Positions 57,559 to 64,000 of a DNA stretch of 64,000 bases are shown here, piece by piece; position 1 is the stretch's first letter, and every line of letters starts with the position of its first letter. A program made the translations under genes and the position numbers. The stretch comes from an uncultured Gammaproteobacteria bacterium. Its GTDB lineage: Bacteria; Patescibacteriota; Patescibacteriia; Magasanikbacterales; UBA922. The notes under the pieces were generated by a model. The model saw nothing but the letters and a program-made list of their open reading frames with translations. It was not told where the DNA came from and did no database searches. The stretch spans positions 55,259 through 119,258 of the forward strand of contig CAYSXR010000001.1 in NCBI GenBank assembly GCA_964435035.1, given 5' to 3'.

Positions 57559-58611
57559 ATGAAAGAATCAAACATAAATGATACGATGAATACGATATCT
57601 CCAAACACCTGGAGAAATATTATGTGCGTGGTAGTTTTGGGTGTGATTGCGAGTGGATGGGGGCTCTACGTATTCCACGATCGTCTATATAAACCCCTTG
57701 AACTCACTGAAACTGAACAGACCTTGCTCGCGGTGAATAAACCTATCACTGGAGTAAAAGGGATAAAAGAATATCGCCCCTATATCATCGGTGGAGATGT
57801 TGCTCGTACAGTTATCATACCAAAAAAACGGGACATGTTTATTCCATTTGATATGAGAGGAATTTCTGCAAATACTGTATTGATAAAAGATATGGAAACC
57901 GGGGAGGTGTTGTTTGGTAATAATGAATATACTCCTCGCGCACTTGCGAGTATTACTAAATTGATGAGTGCACTCGTACTCGAAGAGTGTATCTCTGATT
58001 GGAATGTAGTTGTCTCAAGTCCTGCTGATACCATATTTGACTCTCATATATATGCATACGACTCCACGTCTCTTGAAGAATGGTTTAGAGTCGCGTTGAT
58101 TGGGTCATCTAATCGAGCAATGCTTACATTGGTTGATGGTAGTGAGTATACACGTGAGGAATTTGTTCATCGTATGAATGAAAAAGCATTCGAGCTCGGT
58201 ATGACTGATACATTTTTTACAGAGCCTACAGGAATTGATTCAGGGAATGTTTCTACTGCATCAGACGTCGCTCTCCTTCTTCGTGAAGCATTGCGCCACG
58301 AGCATATTGTAGCCTCACTTGGAATACATTCTATTGATCACCGGTCTTCTGTAACAGAAAAAACAACTACTATTCGGAATACAAATCGATTGTTAACTCA
58401 ATGGGTTGAAAATGAATTTGCTGAATCAGTGATAGGGAAAACAGGGTATATCGTCGAGTCTAAATATAATTTTGCAGGTAAATTTTCAAAAAGCCTTGAC
58501 CGTCAAGTATTGGTTGTAGTACTAGGGTCAGAAAACGAAACAACACGTTTTACTGATGCAACAACTCTTGCAGAATGGACATTTACGAACTATGAGTGGA
58601 TAGTTAACTAA
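57559..58611 (+). CDS. D-alanyl-D-alanine carboxypeptidase (peptidase S11, PBP5/6-like)
   Basis: SITK (SxxK), SSN (SxN) and KTG motifs with an N-terminal TM. The ATG at 57559 is preferred over the overlapping 57472 start. Confidence 0.65.
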   Translation: MKESNINDTMNTISPNTWRNIMCVVVLGVIASGWGLYVFHDRLYKPLELTETEQTLLAVNKPITGVKGIKEYRPYIIGGDVARTVIIPKKRDMFIPFDMRGISANTVLIKDMETGEVLFGNNEYTPRALASITKLMSALVLEECISDWNVVVSSPADTIFDSHIYAYDSTSLEEWFRVALIGSSNRAMLTLVDGSEYTREEFVHRMNEKAFELGMTDTFFTEPTGIDSGNVSTASDVALLLREALRHEHIVASLGIHSIDHRSSVTEKTTTIRNTNRLLTQWVENEFAESVIGKTGYIVESKYNFAGKFSKSLDRQVLVVVLGSENETTRFTDATTLAEWTFTNYEWIVN

Positions 58612-58643
58612 GAGGTGAACAATTAATTTTTGTTAATTGCTCC

Positions 58644-59603
58644 TTATTTATTGTTAGTTGTTAATTGCCCATTGCTAATTGTCAGAAGTACAATCTCTGG
58701 CATGCAGAATAATCGTGCACGTGGCTCTGATTCTCCAAGCCCACGTGACACAAAAAGATACTCTCCTTTTCGTTCGGGTTCATGAAGTCCTTGATAAATA
58801 TTTTTTGGGATGATGTTATCTACTTTTGCGAGTGGTCCGATATAGGGGAGTCGGAGTTGACCTCCATGAGTGTGTCCAGAAATCGTCAGGTCAATGCCCT
58901 CTGGGTGAGGGTGGTACAGATAGGCTGGATTATGTACAAGAGCAATGATAGGGAATTGTATATCTCTTGTATTAACGGATGAATAATTGAGCGTATTTTT
59001 CCATACTTCATCTCCACCAAATAGATAGAATTCCTGATTTTTGATTTTTAATTTAAGAATTTGGTTTTGAAGATATTTTATTCCATATGAATGGAGTGTT
59101 TTTTTTGTATATTCACTTACGTCGGCGTATCGTTTCTGTGTAGGGTTGGTACCTATATGATCACTCAGTCCATATTCATGATTTCCATGCACTGCATAGA
59201 CAGGATATTTCTCGGTTAATTTTTTGAGTGGAGATAAGTAATTTACTTCATCTCGATTGGGCACACAATTAAACGCATGATCACCAACCAATACTACAAT
59301 ATCTGGGTTGAGTTTAATAGTTTCTGCGACTACACGTTCAAAAAAATTGGTCTTTTTGTACGGACCTGCGTGTAGATCAGTAAGTACAGCTATCGTAAAT
59401 TCATAGCGTACTTTAGAGAGTTTAATTGGCACGTGTTTTATTTCAATTATTTTTGGTTCAATGAAACTTCCCCAGATTAGTATAATCGCTACAATCAAGG
59501 AAAAAACTGAGAGTAGAGGGATAAATAGCAAAAATCCAAGCCACATGAGGAGACTGACGAGGATTCCCCCTCCAATGATTGAATCGTAGTATACAGGTTT
59601 CAT
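58644..59603 (-). CDS. Membrane-anchored calcineurin-like metallophosphoesterase
   Basis: TDLHAG, VLVGDHAFN and GNHEY metallophosphatase motifs, plus two N-terminal TM segments. Confidence 0.6.
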   Translation of the reverse strand: MKPVYYDSIIGGGILVSLLMWLGFLLFIPLLSVFSLIVAIILIWGSFIEPKIIEIKHVPIKLSKVRYEFTIAVLTDLHAGPYKKTNFFERVVAETIKLNPDIVVLVGDHAFNCVPNRDEVNYLSPLKKLTEKYPVYAVHGNHEYGLSDHIGTNPTQKRYADVSEYTKKTLHSYGIKYLQNQILKLKIKNQEFYLFGGDEVWKNTLNYSSVNTRDIQFPIIALVHNPAYLYHPHPEGIDLTISGHTHGGQLRLPYIGPLAKVDNIIPKNIYQGLHEPERKGEYLFVSRGLGESEPRARLFCMPEIVLLTISNGQLTTNNK

Positions 59604-59786
59604 ACGTTAGTTTATTTGTTCTTCAAGCGGAATAGTGTTCAAAGATGAAATGGAGTCTAGCATAACATGTTCTTTTTGTACACATTAGGTATTCAAAAAC
59701 CGCATATAAATGCGGCTACGTATTTTGGTAGGAACAAGGTCGAGCAGCACTTTGTGTTGCGCTGCACTCGACCTTGTCCATAGAGT

Positions 59787-60392
59787 TCATCCGGCCTTCC
59801 GCACGTGTTGCGGGGGATCGAAGTTGAACTTGGGCTGACCGTTGGCGTCGCGTCCAAGGTAGGCGATGGTACCGGTAAGCGCCTTGATTGCCCTCCCAAG
59901 ACGTTTCCAGCCAAGGCTCTGGCCTTCTTTGAGAATGACCGCGATCTCGGCTATTTTGCCGCTGCTTGCGTATTGAGGACTCCTGGGCTTGGACCAGCGA
60001 TGACCTCGGGCAAGTACGACAATGTCTGGAGTAGGGGTGAACCAGGCGTTGTTCAGGGCGCCGAGTCCCGAGTCGAGGTGGCAGACCACCAAGACTCTGT
60101 TGTCGAGAAGGGAGTGTAGCGAAGCTTCCACAATGAGAGGTCTGCCCTCGTTAGTGAAGATCACATCCACTCCTCCAGAAATGAACTGTCTCACACCGGA
60201 TTTGTTGAGGTCGTCGATGTATGGCTCACGAATGATGCCGTACTGTACGCCCCGACTCAGGTGAACCGAACGACGTTCTTGTCCACCTCTTCCGATGTCA
60301 CCAACTACGAGCTGGTTTTTCTCGAGTTTGATCCGAGGACCATACTCGATTTTCCCGATGTCACGAGGTATCGTAATCTCGCTCAGATACAT
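59787..60392 (-). CDS. High-GC hypothetical protein (201 aa), compositionally foreign, adjacent to tRNA-Leu(CAA)
   Basis: About 58% GC. The GC-rich hairpin acaaggtcgag...ctcgaccttgt lies at its 3' end (about 59733-59775). Confidence 0.4.
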   Translation of the reverse strand: MYLSEITIPRDIGKIEYGPRIKLEKNQLVVGDIGRGGQERRSVHLSRGVQYGIIREPYIDDLNKSGVRQFISGGVDVIFTNEGRPLIVEASLHSLLDNRVLVVCHLDSGLGALNNAWFTPTPDIVVLARGHRWSKPRSPQYASSGKIAEIAVILKEGQSLGWKRLGRAIKALTGTIAYLGRDANGQPKFNFDPPQHVRKAG

Positions 60393-60501
60393 TGTCCCTC
60401 CAAAAACGGGTTTGTTTACACATAGGATAGTGTAAATAAGCTAAAAAGTCAAGATATATTACTCAAAACAAAAGAAGTCTCTAATAAAGACTTCTTCGTA
60501 G

Positions 60502-60585
60502 TGCCCAGAGAGAGAATCGAACTCTCACGATATTGCTATCACGGGATTTTGAGTCCCGCGTGTCTACCAATTCCACCATCTGGGC
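60502..60585 (-). tRNA. tRNA-Leu (anticodon CAA), type II, CCA not encoded
   Basis: Reverse complement is GCCCAGATGGTGGAATTGGTAGACACGCGGGACTCAAAATCCCGTGATAGCAATATCGTGAGAGTTCGATTCTCTCTCTGGGCA. Confidence 0.8.
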
Positions 60586-60786
60586 ATTTATTGACAATTA
60601 ACAGTCTACCATTAACAATTAAGAAGTTCGAAACCAGAAAACTAGATAACTAGCAAACCAGACAATTTGAATTCCTTAGTAAACTTAGAAAACTTAGCTA
60701 ACCTAATCAACTTCAATACCCACGATTATAGCCTCAACTCGCCCTTTTGTCAACGATATGTTATAATTAACATCGATTCTACATCT

Positions 60787-61551
60787 ATGGCAAAAGTCAT
60801 CTCAGTCGTAAATCAAAAGGGTGGGGTAGGGAAAACCACTACTACAGTCAATGTGGCTGCTTTTTTGGCTGAGCTTGGAAAAATGGTATTGATTATTGAT
60901 ATGGACCCACAGGGTAATGCTTCGAGTGGTCTTGGCGTCAATCGAAGCGAAGTAAAACATGGAATCTACGAGGCACTCGCAAAACAAAAGCATATTTCAG
61001 ACACGATATTAGATACAAACCACGTTGGGCTTCGTATTGCACCAGCTACTCAGAATCTTGCAGGAGCATCAGTCGAATTAGTGTCAGTTGAAAACCGAGA
61101 ATTTCAGCTACGAGAATTGTTGAGTGAAATTCGGCACGGGTATGATTATATTTTAATTGATTGCCCTCCATCACTAGGTTTGCTTACCGTTAATAGTCTC
61201 GTCGCTGCAGATCAGCTTCTCATTCCCGTCCAGGCAGAATATTACGCACTTGAAGGATTGGGGCAATTACTTGAAACCGTAAAATTAGTGCAGACACATA
61301 TTCATCCAGACTTACAGGTATTAGGTGCAGTGCTCACTATGTTTGATAAACGAACCAAACTTTCAACTGAAGTCATGAATGAATTATATAAATATTTTCC
61401 AAATAATATTTTTCGATCAGTAATTCCTCGTACGATTCGTCTAGCTGAAGCACCAAGTTTTGGTCAATCAATTTTGCAATACGAACCTAATGGTAAAGGC
61501 TCAAAAGCATACGAAAAGCTAGCGAGAGAAATTCTCGAACGTCACCAATAA
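60787..61551 (+). CDS. parA: Chromosome partitioning ATPase ParA/Soj
   Basis: KVISVVNQKGGVGKTTTTVNVAA (deviant Walker A). ParB follows. Confidence 0.8.
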   Translation: MAKVISVVNQKGGVGKTTTTVNVAAFLAELGKMVLIIDMDPQGNASSGLGVNRSEVKHGIYEALAKQKHISDTILDTNHVGLRIAPATQNLAGASVELVSVENREFQLRELLSEIRHGYDYILIDCPPSLGLLTVNSLVAADQLLIPVQAEYYALEGLGQLLETVKLVQTHIHPDLQVLGAVLTMFDKRTKLSTEVMNELYKYFPNNIFRSVIPRTIRLAEAPSFGQSILQYEPNGKGSKAYEKLAREILERHQ

Positions 61552-61561
61552 TTTTTTCTAT

Positions 61562-62425
61562 ATGGCACTTGGCAAGGGTTTAAGCTCTCTCATTCCTCAA
61601 CAAGCAAAAGTACGTGATATTATCCGCAAAGAAACCGGATTAGTTCCGCAAAAAAGAGATGCAATTCTCCAGGTTTCTATTGCTGAAATTAGTCCTAATT
61701 CAGAACAGCCTCGTAAGGAATTTAATCATCAGGATTTAGAAGATTTGGTGGCATCAATAAAAAAACATGGCATTCTGCAACCACTTGTCGTGACTGAAAA
61801 AACAGAAGGTGGATATGAACTTATTGCGGGAGAACGTCGTCTTCGGGCTTCACAGATTGCAGGACTTGCAACCGTTCCGGTAATTGTACGCACAGCCACA
61901 CAGCAAGAAAGACTTGAACTTGCGCTCATTGAAAACATTCAGCGTCAGGCATTGAATGCGATTGAAGAAGCGTATGCGTATTCGAGACTCATGGAAGAAT
62001 TTAATTTGACTCAAGCGCAAGTTGCAGAACAGGTTGGTAAGAGTCGTCCTGCAGTTGCAAACACGATTCGATTACTAGACCTTCCTTCAGTCATCCAGAA
62101 AGCACTTATTAGTGGAGAAATCAATGCAGGAAAAGCTCGCGCACTACTTAGTTTGAAAGATGAAACGGAACAACTCGAAGTATTCAAAAGTATGGCAGGT
62201 CGAGAGATGAGTGTTCGTTCACTCGAAGCAGAAGTATCTGGCAAAGGTGCGGCATCTCGCAAAGGATCAGTAAGGCGCGACCCAAATTTATCGGCACAGG
62301 AGCGTATGCTCGAAGATCGTCTTCATGCAAAAGTGCGAATTACCAGAAAGGGGGATCGTGGTACCATTGTAATCGAATATCACACCAGAGAAGAATTGAA
62401 ACGAATTTTAGAAGAAATTATTTAA
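61562..62425 (+). CDS. parB: Chromosome partitioning protein ParB/Spo0J
   Basis: ParB box GERRLRA and an HTH domain. Confidence 0.8.
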   Translation: MALGKGLSSLIPQQAKVRDIIRKETGLVPQKRDAILQVSIAEISPNSEQPRKEFNHQDLEDLVASIKKHGILQPLVVTEKTEGGYELIAGERRLRASQIAGLATVPVIVRTATQQERLELALIENIQRQALNAIEEAYAYSRLMEEFNLTQAQVAEQVGKSRPAVANTIRLLDLPSVIQKALISGEINAGKARALLSLKDETEQLEVFKSMAGREMSVRSLEAEVSGKGAASRKGSVRRDPNLSAQERMLEDRLHAKVRITRKGDRGTIVIEYHTREELKRILEEII

Positions 62426-62542
62426 GTAAGGTCAAAACCAGGCAGTACAATGTCTGGTTTTTTGATATAGTAAGAAATAGATATTAGTATTAAATTAGTG
62501 TAAATCTTGCCAAAAAAGTACGTGAGTGATACATTGAATAAT

Positions 62543-64000
62543 ATGATCAAAAGAAACAGAAATGAGACAATTGATGGCTTGATTGAGCTTGTTCGTGGGT
62601 ATAATCCCAAGGCTGATTTTGATATGATCCGTCTGGCGTATGATTTTGCAGAAGAAGCTCATCGTGGACAGACTAGAAAATCAGGAGAACCGTATATTAC
62701 GCATCCCTTATCTGCAGCATATATTTTGGCAGATATTAGAATTGATCCGATTATTGTGATTGCAACATTACTTCATGACGTACCAGAAGATACGTCGCGT
62801 ACACTTGAGGATGTTGAGAAGAATTTTGGATCAGAAGTAGCGTCAATGGTTCGGGGTATTACGAAGCTTGGAAAATTGAAATATCGCGGTGTTGAGCGCT
62901 ATATTGAAAATCTCCGTAAGATGTTTGTGGCCATGGCTGAGGATATTCGAGTAATGATTATCAAATTTGCTGATCGTATTCATAATTTAGAGACACTTGA
63001 CGCACTTCCTCCACAAAAAAGATATCGAATCGCACTTGAGAGTCTCGAGATTTATGCTCCAATTGCAAATAGATTGGGAATGGATGATATCAAGGGACAA
63101 TTGGAAGATCTATCTTTTAAACATGTATATCCAAAAGAATATGAACGAGTAAAGAAGATTCGCGATGAGCGTCTTCAGGGAAAAGAAAAATATGTGGCAA
63201 CGATTATCAAGAGGGCCAGTGAAGAATTGATTAAAGCAGGAATTACACCTATTTCAACCGAGGGTAGAAATAAACGTCTGTATAGTTTATATCGAAAACT
63301 TCTCCGTAAAAATAATGATATTAATAAGGTATATGATCTTGTTGCAATTAGAATTGTCGTAAAAACCGTGGGTGAATGCTATGCAACATTGGGAATTTTG
63401 CATCATGTGTGGACTCCGATGAAAGGAAGAATCAAAGATTATATTTCTCAACCAAAACCAAATGATTATCAGTCACTTCATACGAGTGTGTTTGGGGACG
63501 AGGGGGAAGTGGTGGAATTTCAAATCAGAACTGAAGAAATGGATGAAAATGCTGAGTTTGGTATTGCTGCACACTGGCATTATACCGAGAGCGGTAGTCG
63601 TATGCCGTCACGAGAAATAAAATGGGTAAAGGAACTTGCAGAAATTCAGAAAGATATTTTGAATAAATTATCGGATCTTGAAGAAATCAAAGTTGATTTT
63701 CTGCAAAGTCGTATTTTTGTCTTCACTCCAAAAGGCGATGTGATTGATCTGCCTGAAGGAGCGACTTCGATTGATTTTGCCTATCATATCCATTCTGAAA
63801 TCGGCAACAAGTGCACTGCTGCTATTGTGAATGATAAAATGGTTTCTCTTGATACGGAACTCAATAATGGAGATGTGGTTGAAATTGTTACTGATAAGAA
63901 TCGCAAACTTCCCAGTCAAGATTGGTTGAAAATTGTAAAGACACATAGTGCGCGCGAACATATCCGAAACGCCTTGAGACAAGACGGAAAAATGACGATC
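62543..64000 (+). CDS. Bifunctional (p)ppGpp synthetase/hydrolase RelA/SpoT homolog, 3'-partial (runs off the window)
   Basis: HD-domain HRGQTRKSGEPYITHPL, synthetase RIVV...DYISQPKPNDYQSLHT, and the start of the TGS domain. The frame is open to position 64000. Confidence 0.75.
   Translation, partial: MIKRNRNETIDGLIELVRGYNPKADFDMIRLAYDFAEEAHRGQTRKSGEPYITHPLSAAYILADIRIDPIIVIATLLHDVPEDTSRTLEDVEKNFGSEVASMVRGITKLGKLKYRGVERYIENLRKMFVAMAEDIRVMIIKFADRIHNLETLDALPPQKRYRIALESLEIYAPIANRLGMDDIKGQLEDLSFKHVYPKEYERVKKIRDERLQGKEKYVATIIKRASEELIKAGITPISTEGRNKRLYSLYRKLLRKNNDINKVYDLVAIRIVVKTVGECYATLGILHHVWTPMKGRIKDYISQPKPNDYQSLHTSVFGDEGEVVEFQIRTEEMDENAEFGIAAHWHYTESGSRMPSREIKWVKELAEIQKDILNKLSDLEEIKVDFLQSRIFVFTPKGDVIDLPEGATSIDFAYHIHSEIGNKCTAAIVNDKMVSLDTELNNGDVVEIVTDKNRKLPSQDWLKIVKTHSAREHIRNALRQDGKMTI

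Noticed and set aside
60586-60786. oriC next to parA (AT-rich 200-bp region with CAATTAA motifs)
   Set aside because: No clear DnaA-box cluster (TTATCCACA-like) is present. The motif content is the same TTAATTG-type seen in other intergenic spacers, and there is no dnaA or dnaN in the window to anchor the call.
1-64000. CRISPR arrays, rRNA genes and intact transposases or integrases
   Set aside because: No regularly spaced direct repeats were seen, no 16S/23S/5S-like conserved blocks, and no IS-type terminal inverted repeats with a transposase ORF. The only recombinase is the truncated serine recombinase.

Overview
The window is low-GC (roughly 35-40%), gene-dense bacterial DNA with a reduced-genome housekeeping backbone: rnc, nusB, rpmF, tsaC, rsmA/ksgA, aspS, scpAB, parAB, relA/spoT (3'-partial), a D-Ala-D-Ala carboxypeptidase, five tRNAs (all on the minus strand), and two glycan-assembly clusters (a WbaP-like transferase with three GT4 genes; a GT2/GT-C pair). 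Three things interrupt this backbone. (1) A very AT-rich accessory island at about 8.2-25.8 kb starts with a 5'-truncated large serine recombinase and ends at tRNA-Leu(GAG). It carries an OLD-family ATPase+Toprim nuclease, an SF1/UvrD-like helicase, a PD-(D/E)xK (Shedu-like) protein, a CCA/PAP-head-like nucleotidyltransferase, and a six-gene block (sugar-phosphate cyclase, two APH-fold kinases, HAD phosphatase, PRTase, GT4) that looks like a cyclitol or carbocyclic-nucleotide biosynthetic module. (2) A dispersed ~200-bp repeat family has three full copies and one partial copy fused to the tRNA-Leu flank. Each copy begins with the same AAAAACACCC...GGGTGTTTTT terminator hairpin and sits next to a compositionally foreign high-GC gene: a Cys/His membrane protein, a 75-aa ORF and an Hsp70 NBD-only protein, each with its own consensus promoter and hairpin terminators. 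Two further high-GC islets (a lipoprotein next to a 24-bp GC palindrome; an unknown gene next to tRNA-Leu(CAA)) make the window a mosaic of single-gene high-GC insertions. (3) Several structured noncoding elements: a perfect 21-bp stem filling the whole tRNA-Arg/tRNA-Lys spacer just downstream of rnc, inverted 'tctaattg' repeats bracketing that locus, an ATCCG iteron array upstream of ksgA, and a nested palindrome in the polysaccharide cluster. A 3051-aa Cys-rich giant surface protein follows a Ca-binding-repeat protein. No CRISPR array and no rRNA genes were seen. Product calls rest on recognisable sequence motifs only; no database searches were possible.
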